A stretch of 62,440 bases of DNA, filler included, from Sphacelaria rigidula (lineage: Eukaryota), in the NCBI GenBank assembly GCA_964200075.2. It is 5 parts of 5 records of this genome, joined end to end, with 100 filler letters (N's around TTAATTAATTAA, not from the genome) between each part and the next. Parts side by side here need not be neighbours in the genome. Positions count along the whole stretch, not along the records: positions 37,529 to 49,935 come from CAXNAA020003808.1; 4 more parts are not named here. One strand, given 5' to 3'. Positions 37,529 to 49,207 of this stretch are shown here, in pieces. Each line of letters opens with the position of its first letter. The stretch's first letter is position 1. The position numbers were made by a program, and so were the translations under genes. A model generated the notes under the pieces. It was given only the letters and a program-made list of their open reading frames with translations, was not told the DNA's origin and did no database searches.

Positions 37529-40029
37529 GGTGTGTTTTACGCCTTTTGGGTGTTTGGTGCGTGTGTGGGGCGGTGGGGGGGGGGGGGGGGGGGGGGGGTG
37601 GGGGGGGGGAATAGTTGACCGTTTTTCAGTCTGTAGGTCCATAGTTGTCCTGGTTATTCTGCCCTGTCGGCTTATTTCACTTCACCAGGTCGCGTTTTGG
37701 GGGGGTGGTGAAAAAACATAACACTAAACTGGGTCACCATTGCTTCCAATGATCATGGAAAATGACAGGCAAACTGAAAATAGATTTAATTGTTTATATA
37801 CGAAATATCAACGTCTCGGGTGTTGCGTATCTCGGGAGATAGCATACCCTCACGTTTCTCTGGCCTGTCAACGGCACCAGCAACAATGGAGGACCACTTC
37901 TCGCGTATGCTGGATGCATCCGCGGCGGGAAGGTAGGGAATCCCGTTTCGCTTCGACTGCACTATCACATTTTGGGGTGACTACACCTATAATAACCAAC
38001 GTCCCATACAACGGCACAGAACAAACAGTGCAGTACATAGCATGATACAGTATGGAGGAGGCAGCCGGTGCAGTTGTGGCTGACAGATTGCGTGCTTTAC
38101 GACAATGTAGTTGTGTGTTGATGTGCATCGTGTTTTGATCGTTAGAACATTGCTGGGCCGCTTTGCTGGGCTGCTTTCTTTTGGTTCCTCCAGCTCGACG
38201 TACTCCGTTGCATTTAACCGATCACGTGTTCGTTTACTCAACGCAAGATGGCCCCAAAATCTGGCATGGTGTACGGTGAACGCTAGCAAAGGCCATGTGT
38301 AGCACAGAATGACGGCATGAGGTGCTGTTTTTGAGAGGCGTACGTGTAGGAGAGGGTTAGAGATCCACAGAAGGGCAAGTGTTTTTCTTGCTGTAGCTTC
38401 GTATCCGACATTTGTTTGATTGTCATGCTTTACAGAGAGTGCGGACACGCGCGGATCCATTGAAGGTTGGCGGCATGTGACTGCTTCCGAAAATATGGCG
38501 CATGACCGCCGACCACTCTGGCTAGGGAGCGCATCACTGCGCAAACCAATCTACATACCAACAGCAGTACAGTACGAGCTGGGCCAGCCTAGACACGGAT
38601 TTAAGCTCTCGAAGCAATATATCGTCGACACGGACGAGTTGGGCCATGATCCGCATATTGTATTAATCGTCTAACCAAGGGGAAGGTGCCCATCTGCTCA
38701 AATGTTTTGGCCTATATTTTCTCGTCGACCAAACCTCATGTCTGGAATTTCCTATACCTAAGGAAGATAGCGTCCATACTAAAATCTCTACGAAGCCCTC
38801 GATCGATGTATTCAGCGGAAGACGACGAATTTTGGTGTGGACATTCTCTGGAGCACGGGGAGACGATAGATACCCTCACTTTCACCTAATTCGTAATCTA
38901 TCTCGAGATATGGCGCACATAAGTTTCCATACTAAAATCAGTATATTACGAGCAGATGCGCTAGATTAGCTAAACCTGGATATCGCATCTCAGTTTTTAA
39001 GAGTTATGTTTGAAAATATTGTATGGAGAACCGCTAGTGCATAATAAAGCTTAGTAACATAACTTTTTCAATTTTTTCGTTCTTTTTTCTCATTTTTTTT
39101 CGGGTTTTGGGGGCAGTTTTGAGGGAAAATGAACACTACTCTTGGGTCTTATCTCAATTTTTTAGCTCAATTTTTAGACTTGTAATTTGAAACTCAAAAT
39201 GAACCTGTACCCTCGCAAGACGGAAAATGCAGAGATATATCGGATCTGGCGTTTCCTTTTTCAAAATACCTTTTCTAGTCGGGTATAAACGACCCAAGGA
39301 CCCCATGTACCTCACGCAGTCGGCCCGCATCCTTTACCAAACCATCCGCAACAGCAACCATGGTGCCCGAAGAATCGATCATTTACTAGTTCACCACAAT
39401 ATGACGACCAAACCCGGCGTTTTATTTCGGAAAGAGCTTATGTCACAAGGGGGTATACCCCCCCCCCCCCTTCTTGGCCAAAACGGGGTGTCAAGAAAAC
39501 AAGTCCAAGCGACATGCCCGCGCATGCCCAGACCTGCCTCCAATTCATTTATGGCGTGCTGGTATCACACCCACAGCCGATACAGAGCACCGACACCTTT
39601 TTATTTTGGTTCCGGCACATTTGGGGGGCTGACGGTGCCGCGGCGCTGGAGAGTATGGACGAATATCCCCCATTTTGTCCACAATTTGGGGGGGGTATGC
39701 CCCCGCACATCTTCGAAGCTTATGTTATACCCCCTGGTGACCGAAAGTATGCCCCTTTTTGGCCATTTCGGGACGCTCCGAAACTTGATCGAAGCGTCAT
39801 TATCGAACAGCCGGAGCACCAACCACGTCACGTTTGAACCGCCGACCAACGACCATGAGCGTCGCGAGGTCGCACTCGGTGAAGTCCGTGGCATAACAAA
39901 TTTAAACGCGCAGCAAAAGCATAGATTCGTAGGAGGGACACCTGGCGTATAAAGACGCGTTCAAACGCGTCGCACAACCAAAGATCCAAATTTGGCAGAC
40001 CTTCGCACCTTGTACAACTGTAACGAGTG

Positions 40030-40280
40030 ACTTAGTTGTTTGTCGACCAAATACCGGCGAGTTGTTTCCAAACAAGTAGTTGCGCATGATTCTGAGAGAC
40101 TAGTTGTTTGGAAACAACTAGTTACGCATGATTTCCGAACATTAGTTGCTTGGAAACAACTAGCTGTGCATGATTCTGGAACCGTAGTTGTTTGGAGGCA
40201 ACTGGTTGCGCACAATTCTGAAGAGTTGGTTGTTTGGTGGCCGAAGTAGTTGCACACGATGCTGAACAAGTAGTTGTTTG
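40030..40280. repeat. 42-bp palindromic minisatellite (about 6 units)
   Basis: Unit TAGTTGTTTGGAAACAACTAGTTGCGCATGATTCTGA...; a second, shorter array at 40747-40845. Confidence 0.85.
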
Positions 40281-43200
40281 GTGGCTCGTGTAAGGGTGAA
40301 CATCGTGGAACAATTACAACTAGACGTTGACTGAGATCGAGCTGACGCATTAACATGTGAGCACCCCAAGCACTCACGCACAAACGCACACGAGAGACCA
40401 AGCACATCAAACAACTGTGCCAGCAGCCACTACACCAGCACCAGCAGCAGATGGTGGCCAGCAAACGTGTTTATGTTTCGACATCGGCGGGGAACCGTGG
40501 TTGCTCAAGCCAGTTGGACGTGATGCATACATGAAAGAGCAGTAGAGCCTAAACCTTGAACGTGTCATGCTCGCTCCCCGACTCACGCATGCCTTTGCTT
40601 TGCATCACACCGCATACTCATGTCCTTTTTTCTATCCAGGAGTGAGTCGGCCTAATCTGTATGGCCTACTTCTTGTCCTGCACAGATACGAGTTCACGCC
40701 ACTACTACACAGCGTGTTTATTTTCCCCAATTAAAACCATCTAAAGTTAGTTGTTTGTCGACCAACTACCTGATAGTTGTTGGAAACAACTAGTGCACAC
40801 GATTCTGAACAGTTGGTTGTTTGAGAAACAACTACCAACTGTTGTAGTTCTAAAGGGTGTGCACACCTTGCCTGTAAATGTAGATGTGAGACAAGTTAGT
40901 CTGAAGCCATCAAACTGATGCTTCGTGCAGGGCGTGTCTTTGGCACATCATGTTCGATCAAGAAAAAACGGTGGAACTGATTTGCTCGAGTTGGGTCCAT
41001 TTGAATTTCCACGCTTTCGATTGAAAAAGGGCGGTGATATCCGTGAAGTGGTACTTGGTCGCTTGTGTACAGTACAGTCTGTACTGCCTGCACTGTTTGC
41101 ATGTAGTGTGTGTGTGTGTGCGTGTTACGTACTGCAGGATGTGAAAGAGAAGCCGGCAACGTGCAGTACAGACAGCGTAGGACTATTTGTTCTCTCTGCT
41201 GATAATGCGACGTGAAAATGACTTGAACAATGTGCAGCTTTGTACTGCCTGCACTGTCCGTGAGCGTGTAAGCAGGTCGGTTCCCCAACCTACCACGCAG
41301 TTCCGTCGCTGATGTCCACCATGAAAGAAGATGCTCAAGTTTTCGCGAACAAAAGTAAACAAAGCATACTCAACTACTGCAGTGGACCTATCCCTGCGCC
41401 CTACTCGTGCGCTATGCTGGTGCAATTAGAAAAAAATCGCACGGAGTTTGCATCGTTCTGTGATCAGGTGGTATCTGGCGTGATGGTCTGCAAGATAGGA
41501 GTCAAGTGCCTCTTCGTGCCTTTCCTATTCATGTTTTTAATCGAAAAAGCTTAGCTTTATTACTCTTTACTTTTTCTCCGTGCGCCATTAATTGTAAAAA
41601 GTGGTTGAAGCCAAGCAGGAACAGAAATGCTGTGGACCTCTCAGATCGAACTACTTATTTTCCACCGCACTTTCACGACTAAAAAAAAGGTCGAAGACAC
41701 GCCCTCAGGAGGCGGACAGATGAGGCCAAAGCACACACACATCGAAAGCAGGTTGCAGCAGACACCATTGAGCACTTTCGTGCCCCTGCAGTAGGGTGAG
41801 ATCTAACATCAAACAATCGCAAAGGACTGCTCTATGGACAACTGCTAACGTCCCCGCACAGCTGCTGGTGCTGTAGTGGAGGCCTCTTATGATATGCCAC
41901 AAAAACAGCATAAAACATGCGCAACGCCGCCCACGATAAGTGGCACAATTAGTGGCGTAACTATTTCAATTTCTGGGTTCAAAACGACCCAGGAAGGTTA
42001 CATTGCATGCTGTCTGCTTGTTCCGAGACCATGTGTGCGATTCTGACGCCATCGGGTCGAAAAACGCGCATTTTATCACGACAATCCCTATTTCTTGCAC
42101 TAGAACCCCTATTTCGTGTTACCTTGACGCTCGTTGGACTGCAAAGTCTGCGCACGCCATCGCTACAAGAGCAGTGTATCAGCCGATGGTACTAGTACCG
42201 TATGCCCTCGTGGGCCTGGGATACACGTACATCGGTCCCCGTACGTCCGGTTGGATGTGTGCGGGGAGTTTATACCAGGACCTCACAGAGGCATATTTGA
42301 AACCTGAAGAAACGCCACTGCGAACCAAAGACCGTGACGGTCTTGCGCCAAAATTATAAATACAAGAATCGGAACAAAATCCTTGTCGGATTCAGCGACA
42401 TGGACTTCTTTTGTTGACTGTGCTTCACGTGACATGTGGCCAAAGGTTCAGTGTGTTGCAGCGCCAACAGCGCGCGTACGGCCATGCCTCCCGAACTCAC
42501 CACACCTATAGAAGATATGCGTAAACGTTTTGTACAGATTGTCAATATCCAGTGGCTGTGCCAGTACCAGTACAGATCCATATCTATTTGCCTGTACAAC
42601 AGCCGCCCAGCTGCTCATGACGTGGAAGTTAGTGCACCAATGTGTCGAGATATGCATCCACTGGCGGTGCACGCCGTCCGGGCTGCGCAAAAGCCATGTT
42701 GAGGGCGTATGCAGTCTGGTCTGCGGGAAAGCCGTTTCGAGAGCATATCGACGGTATTGCCCCAAAGTCAGTTTTCGCTTCGTTTATTTTACAGAACAGG
42801 CCCGAACGTGCCGCCGGTCGGTGCACATGCAGCCTGTGCTGTGTCCCACTCGTGCGCTAAGTTCGACCATAATAGTTGCTACTGCAGCCGCGCGGTGGAG
42901 AAATACAGGATTCAAGTGTCTGTTTTTTGTATGCGGGCGAAGTGCAGATATTTACATACATGTACATATGCAGTGTATTGATGCAAAAGTGCTAGTACGC
43001 CCCTAGGGCACCCATGTAGTGTATTCAGGTGTTAGAGTCGTCTGTAGAAACCCGCAAACGTGCGCAATGATGAATTAACAACCCTGCTGCTGTGTGGATG
43101 ACAGCTGTTCCACAACTTTTGGGGTGTGGTATCCTCAAGAACTTTTGTTGGGGACCAAGTCACTCAACGGGCTGTTGCGACATTGCTCTGAGGCTATGCA

Positions 43201-44385
43201 CCCATGCTGCTTTAGGTGTAGTATCTTCGGCCATGGCTCCGTTATCCCGTGTTGCTGCTGTGGATCCGGCGTGTTGAACCAACCCCAAAACCCCGAAATT
43301 CGGGGGTTTCCACGGCACCTCTAAACCTAGCATAGAAGTGGTTGCGCCGCATTTTGCGAACCGTAGCGTGGTTCTAGAGCCAACCCTCAAGTGTGGGTGA
43401 TGCTATTTCAATTTGCTCACGCATGGACACAAAGCGGGCGGCGAGGAGACAGTCGTATCGAGTTCTCGGCTGCACCATGTCGAGGCAATCCGAGTCGCAG
43501 AAGACGTCACCTCCTCCGGTGCGAGTGCTTCCGCGCCTGCGTCGCTCAGGGTGAAGCTCATGGTCAAAGACGACACATTCGCTACTACCGATGATTTGAG
43601 AACAGCTTTTGGACCCCTGATGATGACGGACAGCATGCAGAAGGGGGGCACAAGTGCCCAGACATGAACACGGCATGCCTTACTATCAACCTCCTTGGAT
43701 TGGCTGCCCACCACGCGTACCCTGTTCCATAGCCTGTCCTGTCCGCTAGCGTCTGGGCATTTGTGAAGCTCATGTACCACAGTTTCCCTCCAGCCCACTC
43801 AGTCCTACCGTGTATCCGTTGCCCAAACGATGACCTGCTGTTTGTGTAACACAGACAACGATACGTGTGATACTGCAAAAAAAAAATAGATACCCCGCGT
43901 TGTGCGGCTACGCCGAAATATCCATGACCCTGCCCCGTCGGCAAGGCCTCGCGGAAATCGAATGGGGTACTCTCCAGTCAACGTCATGTTTGCATTTATG
44001 ACTTACCACGCATTTTTTATCATTAGCACACCGTACAAGTATTGTTTAGATTCGCGTCGAAGAGCCAGCCCGGAGTTATTTCGCCGAAAGAAGGGGGAGA
44101 AAAAATATCATCTAGTTGAACACATTTCCCCTCTCGTGAGATGCCTTTTCCGTCCCGGTCGCTTGGGAAACGCCTACTTAAAAATCCACTATGTGTACAT
44201 ACATCAGGGCAGCATGTGCGCGGTTGTGGTTGCCTGTTGCGGCTGTGATTTTCTGTTGTTATCAGCTGTTGTCCTGTCCTATCTGCTTCTCGTATACTTT
44301 CACCTTACGTGATGTTTTCTTATCGGTTACTGCTGCCTTTTTTGGTTGTTGCCTATCATTGTGTATTCTTCCCAGTGCCGTTCAG

Positions 44386-44487
44386 GGGAATTTCATCCCA
44401 GCGCAGCGTTTCGAAGGGAAAAAGCTGGGTTACTTCTTCTCCAAGGGAGCCCATGGATTGGGGTACTACAGCGATGCTGCTCAGGCG
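44386..44487 (+). CDS. Probable 5' exon of the CTNNBL1-like gene carrying an FxG..GY.F..G..GLGYY motif
   Basis: ttcag|GNFIPAQRFEGKKLGYFFSKGAHGLGYYSDAAQA|gtaagc; phase-0 end fits the exon at 46471; alternative acceptor at 44375; start codon not identified. Confidence 0.6.
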
Positions 44488-44647
44488 GTAAGCGCGGTAC
44501 ACTTGCATCTACCTAGCAGGCGTTCAATACTAGTCAATATTACCTCCGAGTTATGAGCTTTCGGGAATCAATATTTGTTTCCCGGAAATAGAACAGACGT
44601 ACCTGGCCTAGAACTGGACGTGCTGGTGTGCTCTACGAAAAAGCCCA

Positions 44648-44800
44648 CACGGTTCGGAGGAATCATCGCAGGTTCAAATCACCAAATCCACGATTTTTCA
44701 GGCCTGGTTGCTCGAAACAGAAAGAAAAGTTGACCGTTGGTCAAAAAGGCCTACACGCTATCTTTGCGCCATTCCACGTGCCTGGGCTGCGCGTACCTGG
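44648..44800 (+). repeat. CACGGTT-head dispersed repeat
   Basis: 44648-44711 aligns with the reverse complement of 50036-50099. Confidence 0.7.
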
Positions 44801-44859
44801 ATTGCAGCGCTGAAATCAAAGCCTGAGGGTTGATTCGCACGGTACGAATCAATCACACT

Positions 44860-45250
44860 ACACGTAATTAATTTCCAGACGAATCATTACTTGGTCCGAC
44901 CCTTGAAATGACCGCGAAGCTAAGCCGATTTGATTTGATCATCCGGCATGTTAATTGGCGGTTGTATACCTTTCGGCCCTTTGTTTTGTACAATTGGGTA
45001 TTAGTGTGGTTCTGCGTAAGACTTTTCCTACCGAAGCCACGTGGCAGAGTCCGGGCTTTTACTTGTATATATTTTTTTCTTTTTTCTTGATATATTCTGT
45101 TGGTCCGTTCTACCTTTTCTGGTGTTTTTTTTTTCTTTAGCGAGCGTTTCAGTTTCGCCTTTGTCTCGGGTACGTCCGTCATGTGACCGCGGCTGGATCC
45201 CTGTGGGTCAGTTCAAGTGCGACAATTCATCAAATCAAATCAACCAATCA
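44860..45250 (+). mobile_element. Family-2 retroposon-like repeat with ATCAA-type tail
   Basis: T-rich body, conserved GTTTCAG and GGGTACGTC...GACC(A/G)CGGCTGGA...GGTCAGTT.AAGTGCG, then an ATCAA tail; shared with 48790-49016 and 57897-58157; left boundary approximate. Confidence 0.8.
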
Positions 45251-45310
45251 CTACCCCATACGGGGGATAGTCCACATCCTAGAGTTAGATGCTCACTAGT
45301 TGAGGGAAGG

Positions 45311-45347
45311 TGTACCCATGATCTCCCATGCCATAGCCATACTATTT
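45311..45347 (-). mobile_element. Family-1 retroposon, old short terminal fragment
   Basis: TGTACCCATGATCTCCCATGCCATAGCCA resembles the family terminus; flanks ACTAGTTGAGGGAAGG / ACTGGTTGGGGGAGGG (13/16 identical). Confidence 0.6.
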
Positions 45348-46470
45348 ACTGGTTGGGGGAGGGAAACGTTTGGACATTTACTGCGAAGATCACTTGTTTT
45401 TTACTAGAGGCATCAAATCATGCGGTAGTGAGTTAGTCACATATCTGTACAAGTATATTTTCGATCGAACGCGCGTTTTCCTCGGTTTCTCCGGTTTACC
45501 AAGGCTCGAGTACAATGGCACCTTGCAGCGCCCTGTCGTCCTGGCTATTTGAGGGGGAGTTCGGAATAGCTGTTTTGACGAAAGCCATAACGTCTACGTA
45601 GACACAGAGAGGTATGGGCCCGCCGGGTCATTGGCCCCGCATGTACCCATGTCATGGTCCGTACAAAACAGTACAATACTAAACAGTTGCATTGTATTGG
45701 GTGAGTGGAGGCCAGTATGACCGTTGACCGTGCCTCTACTGCGTGTGGTATATGTATCACGTGCGAAGCTTACACACACCGTTATGTTCATGAACCTCAC
45801 GGCAGGTACAGCTAAGAATGCTACGCTGTTTCATGCAGACATGCCTCCCCCACAAAACTCCAGCCCGCCCGCTCTTTCATGAATATGGATTGTGCACTTT
45901 TCGTACTCCAAAAAAGTAGACTTGTATCTTTTTCCTTTTGCGTCGGCTTATTCACGGGGATGATTCTGTCCGCCAAGTACATGTAGCGGCCCTAACCGCT
46001 ACTCAGGTGAGGTGCTCGCATCTGCTCTAACATCCCCCATCCCGATCTTCGCCTATCAAGAGGACATTTAACCCTTTGACCGAGAGCATACGTCATCCAT
46101 TGAATCAGCGTCAGTTTGCTTGAAACATTACTGCATGATCAGATGACCCACCCTTGTGGTCAAAGGGTCACCCCTTTGACTGCCTGGGTGGTTCATCCGC
46201 TGAATTGGCATAATTTCCACTGAAACAATGAATAGAACCTGGGAAGTCAAGGAGCTAAGGAGCAGGTTCACCCTCGGGGAACTCACATTGGCGAAGGACG
46301 AAAGCGGAGCGAGTCCATCCAACACGGGTACAGCTACCCTGCGTGCCCCCTTGTCCATGATGTTTGTTATGACCATCTTCATATCAACCATTTATTTTCT
46401 AGACCCGCAATCAGTCAGTCAGGGGTTCAGTGTCTGACGTCTGGATGGATGATGACGAATGGCTGAACAG

Positions 46471-46601
46471 GCTGACATCATGGAGCATGACGGGGACGCA
46501 GGTGTTTCCAAAGGCAAGAAGCGTGCACGGGAGGGGGAAGGGGGTGAAAATGATGCCAGCATGCTACCGCCGGAGAAGGGAGGGAAACAGACCCCAGTAC
46601 G
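46471..46601 (+). CDS. CTNNBL1: CTNNBL1-like N-terminal exon (basic NLS-like KGKKRAR)
   Basis: gaacag|ADIMEHDGDAGVSKGKKRAREGEGG...QTPV(R)|gtgagg; phase-2 end matches the exon at 49660; the in-frame ATG at 46459 is an alternative start. Confidence 0.65.
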
Positions 46602-47471
46602 GTGAGGAGAGCTCAGTGGGTTTTGAAAATACCTCAAGATTCCCCCCCCCCCTACTCATTTTTACAAGGTTGTTTTCTGCAGGGCAAGATTTTGTTTATA
46701 CCAGCACGTGACAGCTCTCTGAATTCTGTAAGCCACTCATACAGGTACGTGGCAGTTTTGTAAGATCTGCACGAAATGCTTTCCGTTACTCGGGTATGAG
46801 TATACCGTTGTAGAAATACCCGGTTGCGGGCAAGGGTTTCTGTACGACATCTACACCGTACCCAACAGGTTCCGGAAGTTCTGTGGAATTTTCGTACAGG
46901 TAACAGATAGTTCTGGACGTTCTGGAAAAAATGCCATGCCCTACCGACCGTACCCGTACCCTACAAAACACAACGTCGAAAAGTTTTCGTTAAAAGCTTC
47001 CGTATGTGTGGGCATCCGTGTTCGTGGTTTCCCTCGTGTTGTCTACAGTAGCGTTCTGTTCGCAATTGCATGCACAGTGTAGTGTACTAGGTTACAGGAA
47101 ACGAGTACAAGCGTGTGTCTCAATGCCGCGCACCGATGGTCGAAACTGGAAAATATCGTATGATGTTGTGGATCAGTCCGATCAAAGTAGCGGGTTTGGA
47201 TTATGACAGTAATGATTTCGCACGTCGGACAACTCATGGCTTGAGTCAGTTACGCGGCAAAACCCATCCACTGGAAGTGAGTACCGCTGGTATACCGTAC
47301 AGTGAGGTCACGCTTTAAGAGAGGGTGTGCCAAGCCATTTTGACCTCTCTGAAACATGACTTTCTATTGTATTGTTTTAAGAGAGTTTTTATAGTAAACC
47401 GAGGGTAACCAAGTGCTCGGTTTACCAGAAAACCTCTGTTGAAAATATGTATATATATGTTTACATATATA

Positions 47472-47957
47472 CTTCCTCTGTCCCATGAGTAAAGGTACCT
47501 AAATTTGTACGGGCCCCTAACGATGTCCGATTTTTTTTTTTTCAAGGAACTCTACGGCGGTTTTTGGGTTGAAAACATGTGTTTGAAATTTGCAGCTCGT
47601 GCTTGAACCATACAGCCGAACGGGTACAAGAAGAGTAGTTGGCCCCCAAATGGCCGTTTTTTGCCCTTACCGAGGGGGAAAAAAGTGTCGGAATTTTTAT
47701 TCTATTTTATTTTAATCGCCCCCGCCTTCCCTGGGGCTTGCTGCCAGGAAGTCCCACGCGATTAAAAAAAATGAAAAAATAAAAAACGACACTTTTTTTG
47801 CAGCCGTTCGGCGGCATGGTTCAAGCACGAACTGCAAATCTTGAACACATTCTCTCAACCAAAAAAACACCGTAGAGTTCCTTGAAAAAACAAAACGATC
47901 GGACATCGTTAAGGGCCCGTACAAATTTAGGTACCTTTACTTATGAGACAGAGGAAG
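47472..47957. mobile_element. Tc1/mariner-type (Stowaway-like) MITE with ~160-bp inverted arms
   Basis: TA|CTTCCTCTGTCCCAT...ATGAGACAGAGGAAG|TA; arms ~47472-47632 and ~47795-47957; lies in a CTNNBL1 intron. Confidence 0.9.
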
Positions 47958-48789
47958 TATATCGGCTTGAGAATGTGGATGATGATCAAGATATCTGGGA
48001 GGTACGCTTGTGTCTGGCGCCTCGTTGAACTTTTGACATGGTATATTCGATTATTTATCGCGATACAGGGCCCACACGCAGCACGATTCATCCTTTGTAA
48101 TGTGGAGGAACACCACTGCTGTACTCCGTGTTCTCAAAGCTCCTCCAACATATCATCATAGCGACCACGAGAACACGAGAGAGGGTACAGAAGTACTGTT
48201 GTACAGCTGACTGAAACAGAAGAACAGAACGCCGCATACAAGTGTTATAGCGGTACATAAATCGAGTGAAGCCAACAAGGGTGCGAAGCAACCTCTCCAG
48301 TGACAATCAAGAACCTCGATACCTCGTACGGTACCCAGCAGCAGACATCGAGACTGCCTTTGTCGGCAGCTCCTGCAACTTCACACCAAGTCCGCCATGC
48401 AAGTGTGTTCGTTTTTGTTGGCCAACACTCGTGCTGCAACGAACCCGCTGCGCAAGGCATCGTGCCGCATTCAGTGAAGCTGTGACCTGAAAACCAACTA
48501 CTGTACTGCTGTACAGCACGACGACAGACTGCTGCACTGGTTGTCAACATTGAGCCAAGAGAGCGGGGGAATGACGGGTAGGTGCGGTTTAAAAGATACG
48601 GGCTTCGGTTTTAGAGAGTGGCGTGCCAAGCCACTTCGACCTCGCTTAAATCGGCAATTCTCTGAAATAGTCAGCAAGGTACATATATTGATTAATTAAT
48701 TAATTATTGTTTGGGGATGGGATGGTTGGTTGGTTTTATATTTTATTTTTTGGAGAAAGGAAAAACAATGTATATCTGCGATATATTTT

Positions 48790-49016
48790 TTCAGGTCGAC
48801 CATCTTGTTCTATGCCTTGCTTTTGTTGATTTTTTTCTTCATTTTTTTTTCACGTGTTAGTCTACCATGTCGCTCTATTCGATTTTTTCTGCTCCTTCGT
48901 TTTCTCGAACAAGAGTTTCAGCTCTGCTTTTGTTGGGTACGTCTATTATGCGACCACGGCTGGATCCCTGGGTGGTCAGTTAAAGTGCGGCAACCAATCC
49001 ATCAAAATCAATCAAA
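48790..49016 (+). mobile_element. Family-2 retroposon-like repeat
   Basis: Colinear with 57951-58157 from TCAGGTCG.CCAT to the tail. Confidence 0.8.
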
Positions 49017-49054
49017 CCGTGGCCCCCACTGTATGGCTTATCCAGTGGAGATGG

Positions 49055-49207
49055 GTGCCGCTGAGTTATACCGTACAACTAAGTAATTGGAAATAGGTAC
49101 CGCTGACTTCTACTGTATATTTTCAGCCGGTGGGAAAAGATACCACTGAGCTACACCGTACAACTTGGCCAAAGAGAAAATATACCACTGAGTTATACCA
49201 AACTTGG
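49055..49207. repeat. ~42-bp-period minisatellite (4 units)
   Basis: Core TACC(A/G)CTGAGTTATACCGTACAACT recurs with divergent intervening sequence. Confidence 0.7.

Noticed and set aside
35400..39960. Helitron or transposase remnants and GGG-terminal MITEs
   Set aside because: The sequence looks repeat-derived, but no motif, TIR pair or TSD was clear enough to support a call.
40030..40280. CRISPR array
   Set aside because: Sequences between the palindromes are conserved rather than unique, no cas genes are visible, and the context is eukaryotic.
42350..43950. Divergent minus-strand gene upstream of the CTNNBL1-like gene
   Set aside because: Several plausible ORFs but no recognisable family or phase-consistent exon chain; needs RNA-seq.
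45130..45250. Hammerhead or HDV-like ribozyme in Family 2 (conserved GAAAC on the minus strand)
   Set aside because: No CUGANGA core, and no HDV-type nested pseudoknot could be built by eye.
49055..49207. CRISPR-like mini-array
   Set aside because: Only four degenerate units, short partly homologous intervening sequences, and no cas genes.
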